From assembly GCA_964016885.1 (NCBI GenBank), contig OZ024751.1, positions 44,702,001 to 44,766,000 on the forward strand: a stretch of 64,000 nucleotides of DNA, written 5' to 3'. Made by a program: the position numbers and the translations under genes. The notes beneath the pieces were generated by a model. The model saw only the letters and a list, made by a program, of their open reading frames with translations. It had not been told where the DNA came from and made no database searches. Origin of the DNA: Eledone cirrhosa. Lineage: Eukaryota. Shown piece after piece: positions 16,191 through 30,933 of this stretch (positions are counted from its first letter, which is position 1; each line of letters begins with the position of its first letter).

Positions 16191-16900
16191 CCACGTCCAC
16201 GCCAACCCCACAACACTGCTACTACAACTATGAAAACAATGACGTCGACAAGCCCCATCCATTGCCAAACACTTAGAGTACAATCAGCAACAATAACAAC
16301 TACAACAAAAACTACAAAAACATCCACAATAGTAGCAACAACAAGAAGCAATATTCATAGACGACAAATCACGAACAAATGCAGGAAAAATAGAAATAAT
16401 AACAAAATGAAGCGAAACGATGACAGAGAGTCAAAATATTAAACTGTGAAAAGAAAAAGAAAAAGCTGTGAACGTTTCGGAGACTTTGTCTTTTTTCAAG
16501 ATATTTGAACCTAGAAGAGGAGAAACATTCATAGAATAAATAACAAACGATCAAAAAACGTGGATGTGTTGATAGGTTTATAGGAAAAGAAGCATGTCAT
16601 CGAAATAGCGGTAAGTTAGTGGACAAAATTAAATGGCTACTAGCAGTGAGGAGCGTAGAGAAGTGTGGTCTGATGCGGGACATATACTAAAGAAGTTAAG
16701 CGTGTAATATTGAGTTTTGTGCTTGTGTGTATATGTATATATGTGTATGTATGTGTGTATATGTGTATATATGTGTGTATGTATGTGTATATATGTGCAT
16801 ATATGTGTATATGTGTGTATATGTGTGTGTATGTATGTGTATATATGTTTGTGTGTTTAATATTGAGAAGTTGTGTGAGGATGTTTGGCCGAGGGTTATT

Positions 16901-17935
<1,035 letters not shown>

Positions 17936-18029
17936 GGTGGGGGGGAGCATATTTATATGAGTGAGTGAGATAGAAACATCCCACAGACACATATATCCAC
18001 ACAGATATACACATACACACACACACACA

Positions 18030-18061
<32 letters not shown>

Positions 18062-18226
18062 GATTGAGAGACACGGACAGAAACACAGACATACAGCGAC
18101 ACACATACAGATACGGTGACACATACACATACTGTGACATGTACACATACAGTGAAACACACACACATACAGCCACACACACACACACACACAGAGCGAC
18201 ATACGCACACACACACACATACAGCG

Positions 18227-18265
<39 letters not shown>

Positions 18266-19096
18266 GGCACACACAGAGCGACAGACACACACATGGTGAC
18301 AGAGAGACACACAGACAGATAAACTACAAAGCATAAAAAAAAATCGGTCAGTTGATAAGAGGACATATTATTGTCAAATTTTCGAGGTTTGGTGGATTAT
18401 TTCAGTTTTTGTTGTTGATGTTGTTGTTGTCGTTCTTTTATTGTTTTCTTGTAGTTGTTGTTGTTTGTTTATTGTTATTGTTAGAAGTATATATTTTTTT
18501 CTATCGATATTTTATGATGGTCTCTCCCGTCGAGAACTGCGTCAGAGTATCCATCAACTGAAGGAAATCCACGCCTTGATTTAACGTGCAAAGGTGTCTA
18601 AGTGTTCCACAAACATGTGTACCTTTAACACTTGTCTATGATACATGTATGGGCCTGAAACTCCTGATGGAGTCGTAGAAGCACCATGTCGACATATGAT
18701 GGATATTGGCCGCTTTAAACTAGAGAGAGCAATTCACTCTCCATGTCTAAACACAACCGATTTCTTCCATAACAGGCGAGAGAGATATGAAGGAAGGACG
18801 GCATAATCATTTGAGCGTCGGACAAAATGCTTTGTAGCATTTAATTACAGCACTTTATATTCTGAGATCAACTCCTGCGGAGTTCAAGTTTACCTTTCAT
18901 CCTTGTGATGTCGTTAAAATAATATACCAGTCACATACTGAGGAAATGTCAGATGTTAAGAGATGTTAGTTTGGGATTTCTTGACTGGATTTCAGCAAGC
19001 TCTGTCTCTCTAGTATCTATATTTTTCTAAGATGACTGCGTAATTTTCGAGCAATTTCTGGAACTCCGTTTCCATAGAGTGTATTATATCAATATA

Positions 19097-19265
19097 TTGG
19101 CAGTATTGGTAGAGGGTCGGACGCCATGCTTTGACGTATAGAGTTACGGCCTTTGCCATTCTGAGTTCAAATTCCGCCGAGGTTAACTTTGCCTTTCATC
19201 ATACGGGGTCGATAAAATAAAGTACCAGTAATGTACTGGATAATTGTGCCTAACGTAGAAACAAT
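19097..19265 (+). mobile_element. SINE family A
   Basis: TGGCAGTATTGGTA A-box, GTTCAAATTCC B-box, GCCTTTCATC...GGGGTCGATAAAATAAAGTACCAG core. Confidence 0.85.
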
Positions 19266-19332
19266 TATTAATTGAAATATATTCTATTTTATGCATATAA
19301 TGTTTTCTGAAATTTATATATATATGTATATA

Positions 19333-19367
<35 letters not shown>

Positions 19368-19418
19368 GAAAGACGTAAATAAGAAAGTTATGAAAATTGA
19401 CTTACTTACTAAAATTTC

Positions 19419-19497
19419 ACTCCAACTAATTAGTTTCTGTAAGGGGATAAATATAGTTACGTAATAACTATGGAGAAGCCTTACGTCATCAGGGAGT
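19419..19497 (-). ncRNA. Type-I hammerhead ribozyme (family H3) in cassette ~19367-19668
   Basis: Minus: actcc-CTGATGA-c gtaagg cttctcc atagtta ttacg taactat atttatcc ccttac a-GAAA-ctaattag-TT-ggagt: perfect stem I, two-helix stem II, palindromic stem III. Partial homologue at ~44108-44182. Confidence 0.85.
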
Positions 19498-20067
19498 CTA
19501 TTCTCGGCTAAGCTTCCAGGCAATGCGGGGACACTGGGAACTTATATAAAAATAATTCAGTGGAGTGAAATTTTAGTAAGTCAATTTTCATAACTTTCTT
19601 ATTTAGGTCTTTCATATAATTGTTCTGCATACCCCTGCATAGAACCACAAAGTTATTAAGACAAAACATATATATCTGCTAGCATAGGTATGCATCTGTA
19701 TACATATGTCGGTAGATATATTAACTCTTTATATATATATATATATATATTTGAAAAAAAGGAAAAGAAAGACTTCACTTGTAGTTCTAATAAACAATTT
19801 GATCTAATTTTATATTATAATATTGTTTCTACTTTTGGCACAGGGCCAGCAATTACTCAGTACATTACTGGTACTTTATTTTATCGACCCCGTAAGGATG
19901 AAAGGCAAAATTATAATATTATGAGTTGGTTGATCTAGTAAGTTCTTTGTTAATTTCGGTGGGAAGATTTTTGAAGATTCCTGGTTAACTTTCCTGGGAA
20001 ACTTTCTCACATTCGTCGGTGGTGATTGTCAATCTCAGTTTGACATATGTATATATATATATATACA

Positions 20068-20123
<56 letters not shown>

Positions 20124-20711
20124 TTTAGGTTTACGTTTGCCACTCTTTCCTCTCACTGGAATTGTAGAAAATGTAAGGTATGTAATCATTTGCATTTGAT
20201 CGATTCTGAGGGAATATAGAAATCAAATATTCTTGTTAATCTAACGAAACGGTCGTAAGTCTATTAAATGCTTTAATAAAATCTTTTGTTAATCTTCATT
20301 TTATATATATTTATATATTTATATATTTATATATTTATATATATTTGTGTGTATGTATGTATGTTTATGTGTGAATATGTCGACACGCAAACACGATAGT
20401 GTTGTGTCCATACATTATCAGAGTAAACCAAGCTTGTTCACTACAGAAAAATGTTACGAGGCTCTGATTGTTGCACTTAAATACACTTAGAACAATAATC
20501 TAATGATCAGAAATATACAAAGGAGAAGACAATTCAGTCAACTCAACATACGCCCTGCCAAGAAGAAGGTGGCTCTTATCATAATGCTTTGTTGTTCTTA
20601 TTATTGGTGCTGTCACTCCACTAAAGATTGTTTTAATTATATATAAGTATTTTCTTGTCAGTCTGTGTTTCTGTATACGTAATATATATGTATACATGGA
20701 TGTATTTATAA

Positions 20712-20756
<45 letters not shown>

Positions 20757-21278
20757 ATATATATATATATATAAATATGTGTGTGTGTATGTGTATATAT
20801 ATATATAAATATATCTATGTATGTAAGTTCATATGATATGTGTGTGTGTGTGTGGTTGTGAGCGAGACAGAGAGACAGATAGAAGGTGTGTGTATATGTG
20901 GTTATGGAAGAGAAAGATAGAAAGACACAGCTAGAGACAGACAGATAGACAGACAGGGGGGGTGGTGAATATGTGTGGTTATGAGAGAGAAAGATAGAAA
21001 GATACAGCTAGAGACAGACAGATAGATAGACAGAAGGTGAGTATATATGTGGCTCTGAGAGAGAAAGAGGGACACAGCTAGAGACAGACAGATAGATAGA
21101 CAGAAGGTGAGTATATATGTGCGACCTCCTGCGCATTCGTAAAAGTTCTGCTAGCCCAGATTTCAATATGACAGGAATGCTGACAAGAAAAATAAATCAA
21201 GAATTTTCCACATTTTAACATTCCAACTAAGTGAACCATTTGAGCAGAAAAACACCTTATAGCAATATATATATAAGT

Positions 21279-21369
<91 letters not shown>

Positions 21370-21804
21370 CTGTGTGTGTAATTATATATATATGTATATA
21401 CATGATTGTTAATAGGCCTACAATTGTGTCTAAACCGGTCTGTCTAATTTGCATGACTGTGCATGCGCCGACAACGTGAATTCATGTAGTTAGTGCACTA
21501 TTAACTAATTAGTTATATATTCTATCCAAATGCTAGGTTCCACAATAACCAAGGATGCCTAATAGTACAAGTAAAGTCTGGAATAGTTGGGACTGCATCT
21601 CAAAGCATATCCCTTCTATCTCTTTCTCGCTAGAAAATACTTCAACCTCTCGCAGTTTCCAATGATTCCAATGGTGTTTAGAATGTCTCGGGAGTGAATC
21701 CCTAGACAGATTTTACGAGCAAAACCAAACTAAATGTTTACCAAACCGAACCGAACCTTCGTATTTAAATGTGTAAACAGATCATTAACATTCAGAGTGC
21801 ACGC

Positions 21805-22122
21805 GCAAACAACAACAATAGCAACAACAACAATTGCAACAATAGTGAGTACAACAACAACGGCAAGGACAACAACAACAACAGCAACAACAGCAATAGC
21901 AACATAAACAACGGCGCAAACAACAACAATAGCAACAACAACAATTGCAACAATAGTGAGTACAACAACAGCGGCAAGAACAAGAACAACAACAGCAACA
22001 ACAGCAATAGCAACATAAACAACGGCGCAAACAACAACAACAGCAACAACGAAGAAGAAGAAGAAGAAGAAGAAGAAGAAGAAGAAGAAGAAGAAGAAGA
22101 AGAAGAAGAAGAAGAAGAAGAA
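21805..22122. repeat. Duplicated ~111-bp (AAC)-rich unit followed by (GAA)n
   Basis: gcaaacaacaacaatagcaacaacaacaattgcaacaatagtgagtac... occurs twice, then a pure GAA run at 22051-22122. Confidence 0.9.
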
Positions 22123-22815
22123 TGTGCTTAGTGGTAAGGCTGGTAGTGGTGGTGGTGGTGAGTGTGGAGTTCTGACAGTGTTTGATGATTCTTGTTGTTT
22201 CAAGTTATCTTTGCACTTCATTCCGATTTCGTATTTTACCACGACGACCGAAGCAAACGCAAAAAAACAAAATATACATAAACAATTCTTCTCCAACTAT
22301 CCAGCTTTTGAGAGTCTATCAGGTAAATATCATCAGAGAAAGCTGCTAGAATCGTTAAAATATACTAGTTGAAGATTTATGGGAAAACTACGACCTCATA
22401 AATTCACCACATCTACTAAAATTACTGTTTTAGGTGTTAATAAATTCTCTGAACTTTTAGGAATGACAAATTCTTGGGATAATTAACCTCTTAAAGTTAA
22501 AAATTCTTTTACTGTCTTTTTGGGAATTGAATTGACTGATATTCGGTATTTGGTAAACCCATCAGGAAGCGATGGTATGGGAACATGAAAGAGAATTTAG
22601 ATTTTTGCGTTAATATGTTTGAAGTTACGATGGTTGGAATCTATGCTACAGTGGTACACTAATAAGGTTATAAAGTGACCAAAATAATTCCGGAGCTGTC
22701 TCTTGTAATTTTCTTCTCTTTCTTTTTTCTTTTGGTGGTGGTGGGTTAGGCGGAAGGGGCAGACCCCTAAATTTCAGGAGAGGTTGATGTTGTTAATGTT
22801 CCATTAATTTTGATT

Positions 22816-22853
<38 letters not shown>

Positions 22854-23235
22854 TTCTTTATTTGCCACAAGGGCGCACAAGAAAAGGGGACAATACAAAG
22901 ACACATGCCGGGGATTTCACATACAATCGTGTAAAAGTATTGAAACAAACATTATAACAATCGAAATCCCCAATAGGGGAGAGGCGTTACAAATGGGTTG
23001 TTTAATACCCCGTCGATAGAACAACCCTCAACTCAAGGAGCGTGTTGTGCAAGTGCTCTCTTCTTCCTTTTGCTCTCTTCTTTAACCTACAGGCTTATAA
23101 ACAGAGAAGGCCCAATCACTCGGGCCATTTTCGCTTCATTCACCCACCTTTCAGTAAATTTACTGGGGTGCAGTGCCTCTCTCTCCACTCTGATTCTCCT
23201 TCTAAAGTGATACTTAAAGATGGGAATCAATTGTT
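22854..23235 (-). mobile_element. Tx1-clade LINE 3' stub in (GATA)n
   Basis: Minus frame FKYHFRRRIRVEREALHPSKFTERWVNEAKMARVIGPSLFISL*. The 3' UTR end (plus strand tttatttgccac..gg..ca.aa..aa.gggaca) is shared with 52653-52720; (GATA)n on both sides. Confidence 0.75.
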
Positions 23236-23301
23236 GATAGATAGATAGGTAGATAGATAGATCGATAGAACGATAGATATATAGATAGATAGATAGATAT
23301 A

Positions 23302-23672
23302 TTTCTTTATTTACCATAAAGGCATAAAAAGAAGGGACAAATACAAAGGGGGAGTTTACATAAAATGGAGTAAAAAGGGTATAAAATGAAAATAATCGAA
23401 AACAACCTCAAAAGGGAGGGGACGTGATGGGGGTTGCACACACCCCCGAAAAAGTGTGCAATCTTTTTCCCGGGGAGCACATGGAGAAGGTGCTCCCCTC
23501 TCCTTCACTTCTTTACCTACAGGATGGTATACAGAGAAGGCCCATTTGCACGAGCCATTCTCGCCACTATCACCCACCTTTCATAAAACTGCCTGTGGCC
23601 AAGCACCTCTCTCTCCATTCTTATCCTTCTTCCGAAGTGATATCGGAAGAAGTAGACCAGACTATGGCCAGA
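23302..23672 (-). mobile_element. Second Tx1-clade 3' stub in (GATA)n
   Basis: Manual translation SGHSLVYFFRYHFGRRIRMEREVLGHRQFYERWVIVARMARANGPSLYTIL*, paralogous to the adjacent stub; (GATA)n on both sides. Confidence 0.75.
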
Positions 23673-23673
23673 T

Positions 23674-23757
<84 letters not shown>

Positions 23758-24146
23758 AAGGCAAATTTGACGAGAAAGATAATAAAGACTGTATGACTGC
23801 AGTAAAATGGAAATGATTAAAAAGTGTGTATATATCTAAAACTATGTGACATTTTTGTCACATAGTTGTATACGTCTGTGTATATATTTGTATATATGTA
23901 TATGTATGTGTTTGTGTATATTTATGTGTATGTATGTATCTATCTATCTGTCTGTGTCTGTATATATTTGTAAGCATGTATATGTATGTGTCGGTGTATA
24001 CATACATGTGTATATATATGTATGTGTGCGTATATTAATGTGTATGTATGTATGTATGTAGGCGTGTATTTTTGTTAGAGGTGCCTACTGACTGTAGGTT
24101 TCGCTTTGTATATATATATATATATGTATGTATGTATGTATGTATA

Positions 24147-24235
<89 letters not shown>

Positions 24236-24243
24236 ATATATAT

Positions 24244-24851
24244 GTCAGGTCACCAGTTGGTGCTACTGGTAACATGTATCCCAGTACAACCTGTCACATG
24301 GTCGGGTCGTTGGCGACTAAACAGGCAACCCCACCAAGGTTTCTTGGTGAGGAGAGTGACTTTGGACATCCTGCAGGACTAAAATCAAAACCTGTCAAAG
24401 GATAAAGGACCTCTTAAGAGTCAATGGCCATCCAAAATCACCGGGAGAGATGACCCCTTAGCCTTTGTCGGGGCAGAATTCTAGGATAAGGAAAACTCTG
24501 ATATAGCACCTGCAACCCTGATGGTATCCAATGATGTTGACTTGTTCTTCTTTTTGATAAATATCATCTTGGTTAAGAGAGTGGGACTGGGTTTGTGCAG
24601 TGCCTTTGCTCACTATAAAAGCTTCACGGCACAGGCATTGCTTTATATCTGGACATCTCTCTGCACTTGTCATCACATGGTGCCATGGGCCCAGCACTAT
24701 GTGTCAATAATTGTCACAGGTGTAGTGTTTGTACCAGAGTTTTCAAGTCGCTGGCTGGACTAAAAAGTCACACTCGTTCAGCGCATCGGTAGGGGTTCTC
24801 CTACATGGGTATAAAGTAGTGGCCGTACTCGAAAACGAGTTGGCAGCCACC
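24244..24851 (+). mobile_element. ~610-bp non-autonomous RTE-derived retroelement with (TATG)n tail
   Basis: 3' part encodes CSVCTRVFKSLAGLKSHTRSAHR* (24721-24792), a C2H2 finger like the RTE/BovB ORF C-terminus, then a ctcg-aaaa-cgag stem-loop and tail. No RT. Homologues at 40543-40887 and 40953-41484. Confidence 0.7.
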
Positions 24852-25818
24852 ATGTATGTATGCATGTATGTATATATGTATGTGCCTGTGTATATATATG
24901 TGTGTCGGTGTATACATATATGTCTATATGTAAATATGTATATGTGCGTATATTTATGTGTATGTATATATGCATGTATGTATGTATATATGTATGTGAC
25001 TGTGTATATTTATGTGTGTATATATATGTATGTATGTGTCGCTGTACATTTTACCTGTATATGTCTGTGTATGTAAATATAGGTGTATGTAAATATATGA
25101 GTGTGTGTCTATGTATGTAAGTATATGTCTGTGTCTATGTATGTAAATATATATGTCTGTTTATGTATGTGAGTATATGTCTGTGTCTATGTATGTAAGT
25201 ATGTGTGTGTGTTTATGTATGTAAATATATGTGTGTGTTTATGTATGTAAGTATATGTCTGTGTCTATGTATGTAAGTATATGTGTGTGTTTATGTATGT
25301 AAATTTATATGTCTGTGTTTTTGTATTTAAGTATATGTCTGTGTCTATGTATGTAAGTATGTGCGTGTGTTTATGTATATAAATATATGTGTGTCTATGT
25401 ATGTAAGTATATGTGTGTGTGTCTATGTATGTAAGTATGTCTGCATGGTGGAAGGGCGAGGGGGGGGGGGGGGCGTTATGTATTGTTTATGTTGTTCCAG
25501 GACGAAGTTCATTAAAAAGACGGAAGTAAAGTGTATTATGTTATTTATCTGGCAAATATTTTATCTTGGGCATTTTGCTCCTCATTAGTTATAGAAATAT
25601 ATATTTATGTCCGTTGTGCGTATATATGTATATATATATATTTATATGTGTGTGTGTGTGTGTATATATATATACACACACACAGATACACGCACACACG
25701 CAACATATGTTTCATTTCTGCTCTGTATGATACTTGATATTTTAGATTGAGCTACTTTCTTACTGGCAATCGGGTAATATACAATATTACCCTTATTATA
25801 TATATATATCCTTATGGT

Positions 25819-26031
25819 TGGTGGATTGGCAATATCGGTAGAGGGTCTGACGCCATGCTTTACAGCAAAGAGTTACGGCCCTTTATGGTCTGAGTTCAAA
25901 TCCCGCCGAGGTTAACTTTGCCTTTCATCCTTACGGGTTCGATAAAATAAAGTACCAGTAATGCACTGGGTAATTGCTGGCCTTGTGCCAAAAATAGAAA
26001 CAATTATTATTATTGTGCCTAAAGTAGAAAC
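25819..26031 (+). mobile_element. SINE family A (well preserved)
   Basis: A-box TGGCAATATCGGTA, B-box GTTCAAATCCC, conserved core, (ATT)n tail. Confidence 0.85.
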
Positions 26032-26048
26032 AATTATTATAATATAAT

Positions 26049-26083
<35 letters not shown>

Positions 26084-26101
26084 TAAAATAGGGAGACATG
26101 A

Positions 26102-26172
26102 TATTTTATCTGACGAAAACGCAAATGTCATCGCATGATGATATTTGTTTTTGAAATGCGCATAATAAAATA
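26102..26172 (+). ncRNA. Type-I hammerhead ribozyme with intact core (H2-related), cassette ~26081-26296
   Basis: tattttat-CTGACGA-aaacgcaaatgtcatc gcat gatgatatttgttttt-GAAA-tgcgca-TA-ataaaata: perfect 8-bp stem I, long stem II, palindromic ATGCGCAT stem III. Predicted cut after 26164. Confidence 0.9.
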
Positions 26173-26293
26173 CATGGAACTCTTTTAACCATCTTTTGAT
26201 CTTATATTATTTATACTCCAGTCCTACAAACTGTAGAGTGCTACTTATCCGATATCTGCATTGCTTTATTGTACTACAATAAAACTCACCTCC

Positions 26294-26548
<255 letters not shown>

Positions 26549-26816
26549 TGGATTGGCAATATCGGTAGAGGGTCTGACGCCATGCTTTACAGCAAAGAGT
26601 TACGGCCCTTAACTTTAATTATATCTCATAAAATAATACAACTGGTTTTTCCACATTATACATATTGTTAGCACCCCAAACACTTAAATTGGGTTTATAT
26701 TTTAATATAACCTAATGTTTGTTGAGTGAGATGGTTACCAGTCAGAGTTTAGCTTTAAACTATCTCTGTTATTGTATTAAATTATATATATATATATATA
26801 TATATGTATACATATA

Positions 26817-26871
<55 letters not shown>

Positions 26872-28062
26872 AAATGAAGTAATTCCATCGGAAAAGTCCA
26901 GGAAAAAAGAGTGCTCTATGTAAACAACAGAGCTTAATTATTATTATATCACGAGTGATGGAAGCATTTCTGAATTGGGAGGACCAAATTTGGTGAATTT
27001 AGTTGTAGTAATTAGCTTAGCTCTTTGCCCTCTAAAATGGTCAGAAAACTTCGATATGCGACGATAAACATAACATGTACATAAATTGTAGCGCATTACC
27101 AAATATATTTAAATACATATATTTTTTCCTTCCCTCCCTCCTCCGTTTTCCCAATAACATACCCAGTTATTGAACGCTCTGGGGGTAGATATATTGTCTT
27201 TAAAGTGTTGAAATATCCGAGACCCCCAGTAGACAACTGATGAGGACCCCCCGTTCTTGCTTTCTTCTTATTCTCATTCCATTTTTAAGCCTATGTACTA
27301 AATATATATATATATTTATGTATATACATACATATATATCAAACCAATACATACATAGAGAGAGTGAGATAGATATATAGACATATAGATAGATAGAAAG
27401 AGGGGGAGGGGAGAGAGAGCTGCGACAATACTAGGATGTACTTTATTTGTCGTTCCCAAAAGTTTGAAAGGCAACGTGAGCCTTGGTGGGCCTTGAACTC
27501 AAATCACAGAAAGCCAGAACGACTCTACTAAATTGAACAGCTATCATTACAGCCTCCTGTTTAAAAAAAATGAATGACACATTAGATGTGTGGTCCACCT
27601 TTTTAAAAACAAAACAATAAGAAGCAAAACCAAAATAATGAAAGCTGGAACGCCTTTGATCACAGCTCTGCGGCTAAAAGTTTGACCAGGGACTTAATAA
27701 CAACAAAAAGAATTAACGTTTCTATTTGATAAACATTAAATCTAGAAAGCAAAATAGATTCATCAACAATTTTAGAAAGACACGAATGTCACAACACATC
27801 AGATCTATTCCCGACCAATTAGAAATTCTCTAGGCGGTCCCGGATCAATTCCAAGCTAATGAGAAGGCTTCTGTATAGTCTCTCAGTTTATCATAAACTA
27901 CAGCCCATTTTCCTCACATCATATTTTACCATCCAACAAACAAACAAACCACCAAGGTGACATAAAGCAATGTAGTTCTAGATAGACTGTGCCGTTAAAT
28001 AAACTGGAATGTTCATATCTAGCATGGATTTGACTATAGATCTATTTTATAAGAACCTACCA

Positions 28063-29092
28063 TAGGCTACCAGTACTACTGCCACCGTTGCTACCACTTG
28101 CTACCAGTACTACTGCCACCGTTGCTACCACAGGCTACCAGTACTACTGCCACCGTTGCTACCACAGGCTACCAGTACTACTGCCACCGTTGCTACCACA
28201 GGCTACCAGTACTACTGCCACCGTTGCTACCACAGGCTACCAGTACTACTGCCACCGTTGCTACCACTTGCTACCAGTACTACTGCCACCGTTGCTACCA
28301 CAGGCTACCAGTACTACTGCCACCGTTGCTACCACAGGCTACCAGTACTACTGCCACCGTTGCTACCACAGGCTACCAGTACTACTGCCACCGTTGCTAC
28401 CACAGGCTACCAGTACTACTGCCACCGTTGCTACCACTTGCTACCAGTACTACTGCCACCGTTGCTACCACAGGCTACCAGTACTACTGCCACCGTTGCT
28501 ACCACAGGCTACCAGTACTACTGCCACCGTTGCTACCACAGGCTACCAGTACTACTGCCACCGTTGCTACCACAGGCTACCAGTACTACTGCCACCGTTG
28601 CTACCACAGGCTACCAGTACTACTGCCACCGTTGCTACCACAGGCTACCAGTACTACTGCCACCGTTGCTACCACAGGCTACCAGTACTACTGCCACCGT
28701 TGCTACCACAGGCTACCAGTACTACTGCCACCGTTGCTACCACAGGCTACCAGTACTACTGCTACCGTTGCTATCACAGGCTACCAGTACTACTGCCACC
28801 GTTGCTACCACAGGCTACCAGTACTACTGCCACCGTTGCTACCACAGGCTACCAGTACTACTGCCACCGTTGCTACCACTTGCTACCAGTACTACTGCCA
28901 CCGTTGCTACCACAGGCTACCAGTACTACTGCCACCGTTGCTACCACAGGCTACCAGTACTACTGCCACCGTTGCTACCACAGGCTACCAGTACTACTGC
29001 CACCGTTGCTACCACAGGCTACCAGTACTACTGCCACCGTTGCTACCACTTGCTACCAGTACTACTGCCACCGTTGCTACCACTTGCTACCA
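28063..29092. repeat. 34-bp minisatellite (~30 units)
   Basis: Unit ggctaccagtactactgccaccgttgctaccaca (starts at 28201 and 28235) with a recurrent AG>TT variant. Confidence 0.95.
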
Positions 29093-30604
29093 TCACGAAC
29101 ACGATCAACAGCAACAATAACATTAACAACACTTTTTAATCATAGGTGTTGCTCTGTGACTCATTTGGTTGAAACATATAATATATGTGACGTCTTTTTT
29201 AATAAAATCGGATTCGAATTGCTGCTTTTCACATTTCATATATTATTTACTAACTTCCGTTATCTAAATACGGGGTGGGCGAAACATCCTGCTAATCGTT
29301 GAAAAATTATTATTTCATTATCATCAATTATTTAATTTAATGGATACATAAAACAGTTATTCCGTTTTTAAATGGTTCTGCGAGATTTTGGTCCTACCTT
29401 TATTACATTGGTAAGATCAAATATAATCTAGAAGTCGAGGAAGTTATTAGCAGTGGTTTGTGCAATTGGAAACCAGTTTTAAAGTTCTTATATGTTAATA
29501 AGTTGTTATACTCGAAGAAGGGACTCCTCCCGAAACGTTAGCATTCATGTTGTCTTAAGATTGTGCATTCTGATTCTACGTCCATCAAGGTATGGCTCGC
29601 CATTCATCTTTTCCTGATTTTAGAAAAAAGTCTACCATTCCAGAGCGCTGAATTTGCGGAATCGGTAGAGCTTTCGACAAGATGCATGCTGGCATCAATC
29701 CTCATTCTGCGTTCTCAGTACAAATCCTGCATCATGTCACCAACATATTGGTATCAAGCTATGACTGAGGTTCATATCATTCATAAACCACTCAAAAAAA
29801 CATCCTATAACATGCAACCTCATAGGGGGCCGGTGAAAGCTGCACAGGTGTGAGCCGTAACAACACGATTTACCACACCCTGGTTCAAGAGTGGGCAACT
29901 TCTGGCCTTCATTTCATCCAACCAACGGACTTCATGTAATATGTAACACTTTACAGAAAAATTCCTCCTTTTCTTTACTATTTTTATTGGTGGAGAAAAG
30001 GGGAAGTTCAAGCCGAAATATATAATTAAAAGAACATTTCCAATCCACCCTACCTTCAATGACGCATGTTCTAAATGTCTGGTGATGTTAGATTCATTTT
30101 GAACTCTCGTCCCTTACTATCGATATTTGCATCTGCTATTTCACCTGTTTCAATAGATAAAAGGGCGATACAATATGTAACACGGTCCTAATTGATTTCA
30201 TAGAGAAGCTAGAACTTTTTTTTTTAAATGTATCAAAAGATTTCAACATTATAACTAAAAGTAAAATACAAATATATCAAAACAAACTAAATTCTGATAA
30301 GCATCTGACAGTTTAAGGCCATTGACCCGACTAAAGTTAACAGGTCAAGTGAATTGCTGAAATTTAAAAAATAAAATAAATAAAAATAATAATAATGATA
30401 ATAATAATAATAAGTTGAGAATATAATAAAAAGAGTTTTTAAAATGTTGAAATATATAGTACAGAGTACTGAGTTGACTCGAAAGACAAACTCAAATTTG
30501 AATATTTAGCAGTTGATATATGCTTCCTGGCTCTTCATACAACAGAAAAGTGATTACATTCGCATGAAGCATAAAACTGTACATGATACACTTGCAGACA
30601 CACA

Positions 30605-30774
<170 letters not shown>

Positions 30775-30829
30775 TATATACACACACATCTACTCACACA
30801 CGCGCTCGCGTACACATCCACATATATAT

Positions 30830-30933
<104 letters not shown>

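Noticed and set aside
11614-16442. 381-638 aa mucin-like ORFs
   Set aside because: The 55-bp unit is not a multiple of three, so the peptide cycles through all frames; stops are absent because of base composition.
21769-22131. Asn/Glu-rich 120-aa ORF
   Set aside because: Duplicated AAC-rich unit plus (GAA)n; no domain or splice evidence.
24244-24330. HDV-like ribozyme call
   Set aside because: P4 and a CTAA-like segment are present, but P1/P3/P1.1 could not be assigned.
25819-25910. tRNA gene suggested by A and B boxes
   Set aside because: No cloverleaf; continues into the SINE core and tail.
28088-29302. Three overlapping 327-404 aa ORFs and a possible CRISPR-like 34-bp repeat
   Set aside because: Pure tandem repeat with no spacers and no cas genes.
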